A DNA stretch of 64,000 bases from Actinomycetes bacterium. Its GTDB lineage: Bacteria > Actinomycetota > Actinomycetes > Actinomycetales > Dermatophilaceae. The translations under genes and the position numbers were made by a program. The stretch is taken from NCBI GenBank assembly GCA_029552065.1, contig JAKPEG010000068.1:3033-67032 (forward strand). The letters are read 5' to 3'. Positions within the stretch are counted from its first letter, which is position 1. The number at the start of each line of letters is the position of its first letter. The notes under the pieces are model-generated. The model was given only the letters and a program-made list of their open reading frames with translations, ran no database searches and was not told the origin of the DNA. Shown here piece after piece: positions 36,376 through 44,900 of this stretch.

Positions 36376-38094
36376 TCAGCCGGCCGGGGCCGTGGCGGTA
36401 CCTGCGATGTGAGGGGTGAGGGTTTCGGTGATGAGGGCAAAGGAGATCGCACCGGGGTCGGGGGTGCCGATGCTCGCCTCGGCGTGGTTCTTCGAGCGGC
36501 CCCTCTTGGCGGCATACTCCGCGGTCCGTCGGGCCGCCTCGCTGGCGACGGCGACGGCGGCGGGCCACTGGTCTGCGCCCGCGGTCGTGGGATCGGTGAA
36601 GGCATCCTTGAAAGGCACCGCGGCGTCGACCATCGTCTTGTCGCCGACAGCCGCGCCGCCGAGCCCGAGGATGGCCTCGACGGCCGCGCGCACCGCCGCC
36701 GGGATCGTGTCACGCCCACTGACCGTCTGGTCGTCCAGGAGCCGGGCTGCGGCCCCCAGCGCCGCACCCCAGAGGGCCCCGGAGGTGCCGCCGGCCCGTT
36801 CGGCCCAGGCGTCGCCGGCCCGGGCCAGCAGCGTGGCCGCGCCGGCACCGGCGGCCACCGACTGCTGTGCGGACTCGTCCGCGGCACGAGCGCCGCGGAG
36901 CATCCCGATCCCGTGATCGCCGTCGCCGGCGATGGCGTCGATCCGGCCGAGGTAGGGCTCCTTCGCCGCGAGCATGCGGTGGACGTCGCCGAGCGCGGCC
37001 GCGATCCGGCCGGCCAAGGCCTGTGAGGCACTGCTGGCGGGTGGGACCTCAGCCGGGGCGTCCGACCACTCGTCCGCTGCCGCCACGCGCTCTGCGACAT
37101 CGACCGCGCCGCGCCGCAGCGACGGCGTGTCGCACGGGGCCAGCCACAGTGGCTCGAGCTCGTCGTCGAGCCACGTGACGGTGAGCGACACACCTGCCAT
37201 GTCCAGGCTGGTGACCTGTTCGCCGACGATGGGCTCGACGACCTGGTAACCACGGTCGGCCAACGTCTGGGCGACCGTGCCGTAGGCCACGAAGAGTTCC
37301 TCGTACTTCACCGTGCCGAGACCGTTGAAGAGCACCGCGAGGCGAGATCCCTCGGCTGGAGGTTCGGCGAGGATCCGGTCGACCAGTTGGGTTGCCACCT
37401 CGGCAGCCGTGGCCATCGGGGCGTCGGAGATGCCCGGCTCGCCGTGGATACCCAAGCCCAGGCTCATCTGTCCGGCAGGCACGGTGAACAGCGGCTCTGG
37501 CGCTCCGGGAAGGCGGCATCCGGAGAAGGCGTAGCCGAGCGAGCGAGTGCGGTCGTTGGCCTTGCGGGTGAGGCGCTCCACCTCGTCCAGGTCCAAGCCC
37601 GCGGCCGCCGCGGCCCCCGCGATCTTGTAGACCGGCAGGTCGCCGGCGATGCCGCGGCGGGTGTGCGGTTGGCCCGGGTCGCCGGAGGCGATGTCGTCGG
37701 TGACCGGGACGATCCGCACGTCGATCCCCTCGGCGCGCAGGCGCTGCGCGGCCTGGCCGAAGTGCAGCACGTCACCGGCGTAGTTACCGAAGCCGAGCAG
37801 CACCCCGCCGCCGGTGTGCGCGGCCTTGCACACGGAGTAGACCTGGGCCGCGGCGGGAGAGGCGAAGATGTTGCCGCAGGGCGCACCGTGCGCGAACCCC
37901 TGGCCGACCCAGCCGGCGAAGGCGGGGTAGTGGCCCGAACCGCCGCCGACGACGAGGGCGACCTGGCCGGCGGGAACCTTCGTCGCCCGCGCCACACCGC
38001 CGTGCACCGGCCGCACATGGCCCGGGAAAGCGGCCACCATGCCCACGAGAGCCTCGTCGGCGAAGTCTGCCGGGTCGTTGAGCAGGAACGTCAT
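36376..38094 (-). CDS. dihydroxyacetone-kinase family kinase (fused DhaK-DhaL, ATP-dependent type)
   Basis: This is the last 572 aa of track ORF 36376..38706 (MTFLLNDPADFADEALVGMVAA...GGGSGHYPAFAGWVG...). The DhaL half has DAIAGDGDHGIGM and DKTMVDA. Confidence 0.9.
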   Translation of the reverse strand: MTFLLNDPADFADEALVGMVAAFPGHVRPVHGGVARATKVPAGQVALVVGGGSGHYPAFAGWVGQGFAHGAPCGNIFASPAAAQVYSVCKAAHTGGGVLLGFGNYAGDVLHFGQAAQRLRAEGIDVRIVPVTDDIASGDPGQPHTRRGIAGDLPVYKIAGAAAAAGLDLDEVERLTRKANDRTRSLGYAFSGCRLPGAPEPLFTVPAGQMSLGLGIHGEPGISDAPMATAAEVATQLVDRILAEPPAEGSRLAVLFNGLGTVKYEELFVAYGTVAQTLADRGYQVVEPIVGEQVTSLDMAGVSLTVTWLDDELEPLWLAPCDTPSLRRGAVDVAERVAAADEWSDAPAEVPPASSASQALAGRIAAALGDVHRMLAAKEPYLGRIDAIAGDGDHGIGMLRGARAADESAQQSVAAGAGAATLLARAGDAWAERAGGTSGALWGAALGAAARLLDDQTVSGRDTIPAAVRAAVEAILGLGGAAVGDKTMVDAAVPFKDAFTDPTTAGADQWPAAVAVASEAARRTAEYAAKRGRSKNHAEASIGTPDPGAISFALITETLTPHIAGTATAPAG

Positions 38095-38155
38095 CGGTCC
38101 TCCGGTCGGATCGGTTCGGGCAGGAAGCTCGCGGCTCGATGCTGCCGCGATGCGT

Positions 38156-38189
38156 CCCTGCTCCGGGCCGGCGAGGGCCCGGAGCAGGG
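38156..38189 (-). terminator. perfect 14-bp GC-rich stem-loop between the dehydrogenase and kinase genes
   Basis: CCCTGCTCCGGGCC (38156-38169), a 6-nt loop, GGCCCGGAGCAGGG (38176-38189). It starts 7 nt downstream of the dehydrogenase stop on the transcribed strand. No U-tract. Confidence 0.5.
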
Positions 38190-38195
38190 GCATGT

Positions 38196-39053
38196 TCAGC
38201 GCTGGATCGGCTCGCGCAGGTGGAGCATCTGCTGGAGGTTCTTGTCCAGCTCGTCGTCCTGGAAGATCACCTTCCAGTCGTCGCGGACGATCTTGTTCCG
38301 GCCGTAGATCATCGCGATGTGGCAGGCGTCGCTGTAGGGGTTGTCGCCCTGGAGGGAGTTGGCCAGCGAGACCTGGATGTGGCCGAGCAGGATCGCGCGG
38401 GCCGCGGGCTCGGGGACGCCCATCGTGTGCACGGCCTCGTGCAACGCCTCCTTGAGGAAGTCGCCGACCATGCAGGCGACGGTCTCGACGAGGGTCGGCT
38501 CGCACTGGGCGAGCTGCTTCACGGTGATCCAGTGCACCTCGAGGATCGGGGCGTACATCTGCCGGATGACCTGCTCGGCCTGGTCGCGCTTGCCCTGGTT
38601 GTCGTACTCGAAGGCGGCGACGACGTCCATCGGCGCATACTCGCCACCGAAGGTGTCGTTGTGCTCCTCCTCCGTGGGCCGGTAGAGGAAGATCGACGGG
38701 TGGCACGGGTGGGCCACCGCGTAGAAGATGTCCTCGCGGGGGAAGAGCAGGTTCGCGTATGCCGCGGCCGGGTCGAGGGTGAGCACGACGGTGCCGGACT
38801 CGAGCTGGGGCACGACCTGCTGGGTGACCTTGTCCAGGACGATGTCGGGGACGGCCAGCACGACGACGTCGACGCCCCGGATCGCGGTGTCCAGGTCGGT
38901 GAGGCTGCGACCCTCCTCGAGGACCCGGGCCTGGCCGGCCTCGCTGTTCTCGACGTAGCGCACGTCGTTGTCGGTCTTGGCGAGGTTACGCGAGACGCGC
39001 ATCCCCATCTTGCCGCCCGCTCCGACGACGGCGATCTTCAAGATGTCAGACAT
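38196..39053 (-). CDS. NAD(P)-binding dehydrogenase (semialdehyde-DH-like N-domain / phosphogluconate-DH C-terminal-domain type)
   Basis: 285 aa from ATG 39053, with GGAGGAG 5 nt upstream. The Rossmann motif is MSDILKIAVVGAGGKMGMRV. There is an 8-nt overlap with the upstream isomerase gene. Confidence 0.7.
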   Translation of the reverse strand: MSDILKIAVVGAGGKMGMRVSRNLAKTDNDVRYVENSEAGQARVLEEGRSLTDLDTAIRGVDVVVLAVPDIVLDKVTQQVVPQLESGTVVLTLDPAAAYANLLFPREDIFYAVAHPCHPSIFLYRPTEEEHNDTFGGEYAPMDVVAAFEYDNQGKRDQAEQVIRQMYAPILEVHWITVKQLAQCEPTLVETVACMVGDFLKEALHEAVHTMGVPEPAARAILLGHIQVSLANSLQGDNPYSDACHIAMIYGRNKIVRDDWKVIFQDDELDKNLQQMLHLREPIQR

Positions 39054-39837
39054 GGTTGCTCCTCCTGAGGAAATCGATGTTGTGACTGGTCCATTCGGCT
39101 TCGACACGAGCGGTTGTTGCGGGGTCGCCCTGCCAGACCAACCAGTGCTCGATGATCTGGTTGACCCCCTTGCGCTCGGGTTGCACGGCGGCGATCATGC
39201 CGTCGTAGTCGAGCAAACCCTCGCCCAGGCGGGCCCCGGCATAGGTGAAACCCACCCAGCCGTCCTGACGGCTGAACGCAAAGTCCTTCACGTGCAGGTT
39301 CTTCACGTATGCCGCGGTGGTCGCCACCGTCTCGGTCGGCTTCTCCAGTGCGGCAACGGAGTTGGCTGGGTCGAGACAGATACCCAGGTGCTCCGAGCCG
39401 ACCTGCTCGACGATCTCGACGAGCCGCGCCGTCGGCACCTGCTCGTAGGTCTCCAGGGCGACGGTGACCCCGGCCGCCTCGTAGTCCGGCAGGAAGTTGC
39501 CGAGGAGGCCGACGGCCTCCGACGCCTCCGGGCGGGTGACCATACCCCGGACCAGTCGGGCGCCGGTGGCGCCCGCGAGGTCGAGGTAGTGGTGCATGTG
39601 TGCGGTGTCCAGACCCCGGGTGCCCAGTTCGAGTGCGATCCCGCGCTCCGCGGCATACCGACCGACCTCGGCCGCCTCGGCGACCGTCATCGTGTGCAGC
39701 GGCGGGTAGTCGCAGAACTGGAAGACGCGGACGCCCTGGGCGGCGCAGTCGTCGAGCAGGTCGCGCCAACGCATCGGCGTCGACGCCGTCTCGTGCCACC
39801 GCCAGAAATAGGCGTAGGTGCTCAGACCGATCGCCAT
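39046..39837 (-). CDS. sugar-phosphate isomerase/epimerase (xylose-isomerase-like TIM barrel)
   Basis: 263 aa with VALETYEQ..., LGICLDPANS and NLHVKDF motifs of the AP-endonuclease-2/xylose-isomerase-like fold. Confidence 0.84.
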   Translation of the reverse strand: MAIGLSTYAYFWRWHETASTPMRWRDLLDDCAAQGVRVFQFCDYPPLHTMTVAEAAEVGRYAAERGIALELGTRGLDTAHMHHYLDLAGATGARLVRGMVTRPEASEAVGLLGNFLPDYEAAGVTVALETYEQVPTARLVEIVEQVGSEHLGICLDPANSVAALEKPTETVATTAAYVKNLHVKDFAFSRQDGWVGFTYAGARLGEGLLDYDGMIAAVQPERKGVNQIIEHWLVWQGDPATTARVEAEWTSHNIDFLRRSNHV

Positions 39838-39838
39838 C

Positions 39839-41212
39839 TCAGTGACCGGCCGGGACGGACAGTTGCTCGCTGCCTTCGGCGGTGGTGACCCGGCCCATCT
39901 TCACGAGCACGAGCATGAGCACCCCGGAGAGGACCATGAGGGCACCGACCAGGAACATCGAGGTCTGGTAGTTGCCGGTGCCGTCCTTGAGCCAACCGGT
40001 CACGTAGGGGGCTGCGAAACCGGCGATGTTGCCGAAGGTGTTGATGAGGGCGATCCCGGCCGCTGCGGCCATCCCGCTGAGGAACTGGGTGGGCACGGTC
40101 CAGAAGACGGGCAGGGCGCTGAAGATGCAGCATGCCGTCACGGTGATGATGGCCACGGTGAGGGCCGGCGAGCCCGACTGCAGGGCAAGGGGGATCGAGA
40201 CGCCGCCGAGGAAGGCCGGGACGAAGATGTTGGCCGGCTTGACCCCACGCTTGGCGGCCATCGTCGTGACGATGTAGAGGACGATCGCCGCGGGCAGGTA
40301 AGGGATCGCCGTGATCCACGCCTTGCCCATGGTGTCGAGCTTCGTGCCGAACTGGGTCTCGAAGCCGCTGATGATCGTGGGCAGGAAGAAGGCCAGGGCG
40401 TAGAGGCCGTAGACGAAGCCGAAGTAGATGAGGGCGAGGATCCACACGCGACCGGAGCGGAAGGCGTAGGCGAGTCCGGTGTGCTTGCCCGAGCCGGCGT
40501 CACCGGAGGCGTTCTCCTTGGCGAGTTCACCGGTGAGCCAACTCTTCTCCGCGTCGGTGAGCCAGGGGGCCTTCTGCGGGTCGTCGACGAGGACGAACCA
40601 GGCGAGGATGCCGACGATCACCGCGGGGATGCCCACGCCGAGGAACATGACCCGCCAGCCCTCGAGGCCGAACAGGCCGTGCTGGTTGATGAGCCAGCCG
40701 GCCAGCGGGGCGCCGATGACGGTGGTGAGCGGCTGGGCGAGGTAGAAGAGGCCGAGGATCCGGCTGCGGTAGCGCGCCGGGACCCAGAGGCTGAGGAAGA
40801 GGATGGCGCCGGGGAAGAAGCCGGCCTCCATCACACCGAGCAGGAAGCGCAGCCAGGCCAACTGGGTGTAGCTGGAGACCCAAGTGAACAGCACCGCGAC
40901 CAGGCCCCAGGTGACCATGATCCGCGCGAGCCAGGTGCGAGCCCCGAACTTGTGCAGGGCCATGTTGCTGGGGATCTCGAGGATGATGTAGCCGGCGAAG
41001 AAGATGCCGGAGGCGAAACCGAACTGGGCCGCGGTGAGCCCGAGGTCCTTGGTCATCCCGTTGGGGCCGGCGAAGCCGATCGCCGTCCGGTCCAGGTAGT
41101 TGATGAAGAACATGAGCGCCACGAACGGCACGAGACGCGCGGACACCTTCTTGATGGCCGAGCGTTCGACTGAGCTGGCGGCCGGTGTCGGCGCCGGGAC
41201 GGTCTGGGACAT
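39839..41212 (-). CDS. MFS transporter (anion:cation symporter/ACS-like)
   Basis: 457 aa, 12 TM, with INYLDRTAIGFAGP and GWLINQHGLFGLEGWRVMF motifs typical of ACS-type sugar-acid/polyol carriers. It is the first gene of the cluster. Confidence 0.87.
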   Translation of the reverse strand: MSQTVPAPTPAASSVERSAIKKVSARLVPFVALMFFINYLDRTAIGFAGPNGMTKDLGLTAAQFGFASGIFFAGYIILEIPSNMALHKFGARTWLARIMVTWGLVAVLFTWVSSYTQLAWLRFLLGVMEAGFFPGAILFLSLWVPARYRSRILGLFYLAQPLTTVIGAPLAGWLINQHGLFGLEGWRVMFLGVGIPAVIVGILAWFVLVDDPQKAPWLTDAEKSWLTGELAKENASGDAGSGKHTGLAYAFRSGRVWILALIYFGFVYGLYALAFFLPTIISGFETQFGTKLDTMGKAWITAIPYLPAAIVLYIVTTMAAKRGVKPANIFVPAFLGGVSIPLALQSGSPALTVAIITVTACCIFSALPVFWTVPTQFLSGMAAAAGIALINTFGNIAGFAAPYVTGWLKDGTGNYQTSMFLVGALMVLSGVLMLVLVKMGRVTTAEGSEQLSVPAGH

Positions 41213-41269
41213 CTGCGCACTCCTCTTTGAGTAACGGCCACATCGATACTAGGTGACTCTATCCCTGAT

Positions 41270-41299
41270 TGGTCAACTGGTCAACCGGTCAACCGGTAC
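41270..41299. promoter_or_regulatory. triple direct repeat (T/C)GGTCAAC in the MFS/GntR divergent region (candidate GntR operator)
   Basis: TGGTCAAC TGGTCAAC CGGTCAAC CGGTAC, read directly at 41270-41299. It lies 58 nt upstream of the MFS start and about 110 nt upstream of the GntR start. Confidence 0.5.
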
Positions 41300-41407
41300 T
41301 CCTTTCGCTGATCGGCGTGGGCACGATGACGGTGCTACCGTCGCCGGGTGAGCCCCCATGCCCGCAGCGCCGCCGACGTCCCCGGACGTATTGCGCCGCT
41401 GCCCGCG

Positions 41408-42091
41408 ATGGCTGCGGTCGCCACGCCCGTGGCGACGGTGACCCGCCACCTGCTCGACGAACTCATGTCCGGCCGTTGGCGACCGGGGGACCGGCTGCCT
41501 CCCGAGCGCACCCTCGCGACCCAGCTCGGTGTCGGCCGGTCGGCGATCCGGGAGGCCGGCGCGGCACTGGAGATCCTCGGCGTACTCGAGGTGCGCCCGG
41601 GTTCGGGCACCTATGTCCGCGACGGCGCGAGCGGCCTGCTCCAGGAGACGCTCAGCTGGGGTCTGCATCTGTCGGTGGAGCGCACGGGCGATCTCATCGA
41701 GGTGCGTGAGGCCCTGGAGATCCAGGCCGCTCGGGCCGCCGCCGGACGGGTGACCGACGAGCAACTCGACCGGCTCCAGGGTCATCTCGCGGCGATGGCG
41801 GCCAACCTCGCGGACTACCCGGCATTCGTCCGTGCCGACATGCTCTTCCATGAGCAACTCGACGAGGCCGCCGGGAATGCGACCCTGCGCGACCTGGTGC
41901 GCTCGGTCCGCGCGCTCATCCGGGTGTGGGTAGAGCGAGCGCTCGACCAGGGCGGTCATGCCGACACGACGCTGCGCGAGCACGGGGCGATCCTGGCCGC
42001 CCTGCAGGCCCGCGATCCCGACCTCGCGGAGGCGGCGATGCGCAGCCACATGGTGTCCGCGCGTCAACGGCTCAGCGAAACGCTTGAGTGA
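41408..42091 (+). CDS. GntR family (FadR/FCD subfamily) transcriptional regulator
   Basis: MAAVATPVATVTRHLLDELMSGRWRPGDRLPPERTLATQLGVGRSAIREAGAALEILGVLEVRPGSGTYV, followed by an FCD-like helical domain. An alternative GTG start lies at 41348. Confidence 0.85.
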   Translation: MAAVATPVATVTRHLLDELMSGRWRPGDRLPPERTLATQLGVGRSAIREAGAALEILGVLEVRPGSGTYVRDGASGLLQETLSWGLHLSVERTGDLIEVREALEIQAARAAAGRVTDEQLDRLQGHLAAMAANLADYPAFVRADMLFHEQLDEAAGNATLRDLVRSVRALIRVWVERALDQGGHADTTLREHGAILAALQARDPDLAEAAMRSHMVSARQRLSETLE

Positions 42092-42137
42092 GACCGCGAC
42101 GCCGGAGGGGACCCGCGGTCGCGCGGTCAAGGCGCCG

Positions 42138-42956
42138 TCAGGACTCATCGAGGCGGGCGAGCAGGTCGGTGCGGGCGTCGAGGATCGCCGCGCGCAGTTC
42201 GGCCTCACGACCGTAGAAGCGCTGGGCCGGCATGGGCACGCTCACCGCCAGCGGGGCGTCGGCGCTCGGGTCGATGACGACCGCCACCGCGCAGATCCCC
42301 TCCGTGTGCTCCTCGCGGTCGTAGGCGACGCCCGCTTGGCGGATCTGGCGCAGCTCGCGGCGCAGGGCGGCGGAGGTCGTGAGGGTGTTCGCGGTGAGTG
42401 CGGCGGCGCGCGCGGGCAGCAGGTCCGTGCGCCCGCGCTGGGCGAGCACGTCGAGGATCGCCTTGCCGGGGGCGCACGAGTGCAGCGGGAAGGTCTCCCC
42501 GACGGCGCTCACCGCCTGTAGGCGATTGGGTGCCACCACCTGGTCGAGGAAACGCACGCTGTCGCCGTCGAGCACGGACAGGTCGACGGTCTCGCCGAGG
42601 CCGCGGGACAGCTCGGCGAGGGCCGTGTGCAGGGTGGCGAGCGAGTCGCGGTTGACGGCGGCAGCCATCCGGACGATCTCGGGTCCCAGCCGATAGCGCG
42701 AGCCGACTCGCGCAAGGCGCAGCATCCCCTCCGACTCGAGCGCACCGACGATCCGATGGACGGTCGTGCGGGCCAGGCCAAGGCGCTCGGCGAGCTCGGC
42801 CTGGGAGGCGCCGCCGGGCTCGCGGGCGACGGCCCGCAGGATGTCGGCGGCTCGGGCGATGACCTGTATGCCGTTCGCCGCGGCACCGTATGTCGTGGCT
42901 TCCGCCCCGGCACGGGGCGGCGGCGCGGCCGCCGCCCGTGCCGGCGCGGGCGTCAC
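42138..42956 (-). CDS. IclR family transcriptional regulator
   Basis: 272 aa. The HTH is QAELAERLGLARTTVHRIVGALESEGML, followed by an IclR effector domain. The GTG start overlaps the stop of the upstream gene (GTGA), making it the last gene of the long operon. Confidence 0.87.
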   Translation of the reverse strand: MTPAPARAAAAPPPRAGAEATTYGAAANGIQVIARAADILRAVAREPGGASQAELAERLGLARTTVHRIVGALESEGMLRLARVGSRYRLGPEIVRMAAAVNRDSLATLHTALAELSRGLGETVDLSVLDGDSVRFLDQVVAPNRLQAVSAVGETFPLHSCAPGKAILDVLAQRGRTDLLPARAAALTANTLTTSAALRRELRQIRQAGVAYDREEHTEGICAVAVVIDPSADAPLAVSVPMPAQRFYGREAELRAAILDARTDLLARLDES

Positions 42957-43642
42957 CAGGGGACCTTCGGAGTGACCATGTCCCTATGTTCGGCGATGTA
43001 GAGCGAAGGAAGGAAGCGCGAGAGGAAGGTGAACTCGTTGTAGGCGTGCTGGAGCAGCGCCCGGCCGAACTCGTCCGGGAAGATCTGGGCCATCTCGTCG
43101 GGGCTCGCGCCGGTCGCGGGCAGGTCGTAGCCGAGGAAGAAGTGGCTGCGCAGGACCAGCCCCCAGTCGGTGTCCCGGCCGATGTGCGCCATCCGGCCGC
43201 CGAAGATGGTGCCGTCGTCGGCGCGAGGCGGGTCCCAGCCCTCGTTGATCCGTGCGACGACCGCGCTCGTGATCGCTCCGCTCCCTCGCGCCGCGGCATA
43301 CGCCTGGGGGTCGAAGAATTCGTTCGGGTCGCGGAATTGGATGGTGAGGTCGGCCGCGGGCAAGCCCGTGAAGAACTCGGTGACGACGTGCTCGGAGCCC
43401 ACGTGCGTGTCGGGGCGCAGGTCGCCCTTCCAGTCGCTGAAGACGTGGTCGACCGGGTGCCACCAGATGTACTTCTGGGTGTCGCAGCGCCAGCGGAACC
43501 ACCATTCGAACATTTCTCCGGTGCAGCCGTGCATGTCGGTGCGGGCGGCCACGTGCAGGACGCCGTTGGGCAGCCGCTCGTAGCCGGTCTCGATCGGCAG
43601 CGGGGTGGGGTCCAGCAGCGGGACCATCTCCGGAATAGGCAT
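42953..43642 (-). CDS. hypothetical hydrolase, possibly DAPG/phloretin-hydrolase (PhlG)-like
   Basis: 229 aa. The CDS is well supported by GC3 and coupling. The family call is tentative. It rests on WWHPVDH, a downstream acidic residue and a C-terminal H-x3-E (LLQHAYNEF), whose spacing resembles the Zn ligands I recall for PhlG. Confidence 0.45.
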   Translation of the reverse strand: MPIPEMVPLLDPTPLPIETGYERLPNGVLHVAARTDMHGCTGEMFEWWFRWRCDTQKYIWWHPVDHVFSDWKGDLRPDTHVGSEHVVTEFFTGLPAADLTIQFRDPNEFFDPQAYAAARGSGAITSAVVARINEGWDPPRADDGTIFGGRMAHIGRDTDWGLVLRSHFFLGYDLPATGASPDEMAQIFPDEFGRALLQHAYNEFTFLSRFLPSLYIAEHRDMVTPKVPW

Positions 43643-43699
43643 GTCTGATCCTCTCGGTCGGGCGCAGGTCGGTGGTGGGCGGTCGGTTGGGGGTCGGGC

Positions 43700-44515
43700 T
43701 CAGCGGCGGGGAAGGCCGAGCAGGATCTCGGTCTCCTGCACCCCGGCCACGGGTCGGTCGAGCGCCCGGGCGAGGGCGACCGTGCGGGCGACGAGCGGGT
43801 CGTTGCCCTGGGTGAGCTCGCCCTTGCGCAGGTAGAGCGTGTCCTCCATGCCGGCCCGGGCGTTGCCGCCGAGGGCGAGCCCCATCGCGGTGAGCTCGAG
43901 GTTGGCCCGGCCGATCGAGATGATCTGCCAGATCGCGCCCTCGGGCAGCCGCCGGACGATCGTCATGAGGTTGTCGGCGGTGGCCGACGCCCCGCCGACC
44001 ACGCCGAGGACGATGCTGAACTGGAGCGGCTCGGCGAGCAGCCCCTCGTCGCGCAAGCGCAGGCAGGCGTCGAGGTGCCCCGTGTCGTAGATCTCCAACT
44101 CGGGCTTGACGTCCAGTTCGCGCATCCGGGCCGCGAGCCGGCGCACGCCGTCGGGCGGGTTGCGGAACTCGCCGACCCCGAAGCTCATCGAGCATGGGTT
44201 GAGGGTGGCCATCCGGGGGCGCAGCTCGACGAGCTTCTCGCGTTCCTCGAAGGGCACCGACAGCCCGACGCCGGTGGACATCTGGACGAGGATCGGACAG
44301 CGCTCGGCGATGAGGTCCATTGTCCGGCGGGCGATGTCGAGGTCGGCGGTCGGCCGGTCCTGTTCGTCGCGCAGGTGGATGTGCGCGACCGACGCCCCGA
44401 GCTCGTAGGCCCTCCCGACCGCCTCGGCGATCTCGGCGGGTTGGGTGGGCAGGCTCGGGTTGTCGGCCTTCGAGGCGATCGGGCCGGTCGGGGCGACGGT
44501 GATGACGGCGGTCAT
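43700..44515 (-). CDS. BKACE family enzyme (beta-keto acid cleavage enzyme, DUF849)
   Basis: 271 aa from ATG 44515, with GGAGGA SD. It reads MTAVITVAPTGPIASKADNPSLPTQPAEIAEAV...ASVAHIHLRD...GNARAGMEDTLY, typical of 3-keto-5-aminohexanoate-cleavage-type TIM barrels. Confidence 0.88.
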   Translation of the reverse strand: MTAVITVAPTGPIASKADNPSLPTQPAEIAEAVGRAYELGASVAHIHLRDEQDRPTADLDIARRTMDLIAERCPILVQMSTGVGLSVPFEEREKLVELRPRMATLNPCSMSFGVGEFRNPPDGVRRLAARMRELDVKPELEIYDTGHLDACLRLRDEGLLAEPLQFSIVLGVVGGASATADNLMTIVRRLPEGAIWQIISIGRANLELTAMGLALGGNARAGMEDTLYLRKGELTQGNDPLVARTVALARALDRPVAGVQETEILLGLPRR

Positions 44516-44537
44516 GGGTCCTCCTTCGGCGACGACC

Positions 44538-44900
44538 TCAGTCTGGCCTGGGCACGGCGATGACGACGAGCAACCGGGCATCGTCGGTGGACTCGTTGTC
44601 CACGCTGCGGACGGTGCCGCGTGGCATGTGCGCCGAGTCGCCGGCATACAGCGTGGTGGTGGTCTGCGTGTCGCCGTCCGTGACTCGCAGGACGAGTTCG
44701 CCTGCAAGACACACGTAGACGGTCTCGGCTGCGGTCGGTGCCGTGAGCGCGCGCGAGCCCGGCGGATAGACCGAATTCCCGACCCAGAAGGCCTCGGTCG
44801 GCCCCGCCTCGATCCCCTGCAGCCGGTTGGTCACCACCCCTTCGTGCAGGGGAGCGACGTATGCCGGTGCCTCGGCCGCCCGGGTGATCCGCGCGGCCAT
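44538..44900 (-). CDS. cupin domain protein
   Basis: 120 aa (MAARITRAAEAPAYVAPLHEG...VYVCLAGELVLRV...LYAGDSAHMPRGTVRSV). ATGA overlap with the cyclase gene. Confidence 0.72.
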   Translation of the reverse strand: MAARITRAAEAPAYVAPLHEGVVTNRLQGIEAGPTEAFWVGNSVYPPGSRALTAPTAAETVYVCLAGELVLRVTDGDTQTTTTLYAGDSAHMPRGTVRSVDNESTDDARLLVVIAVPRPD

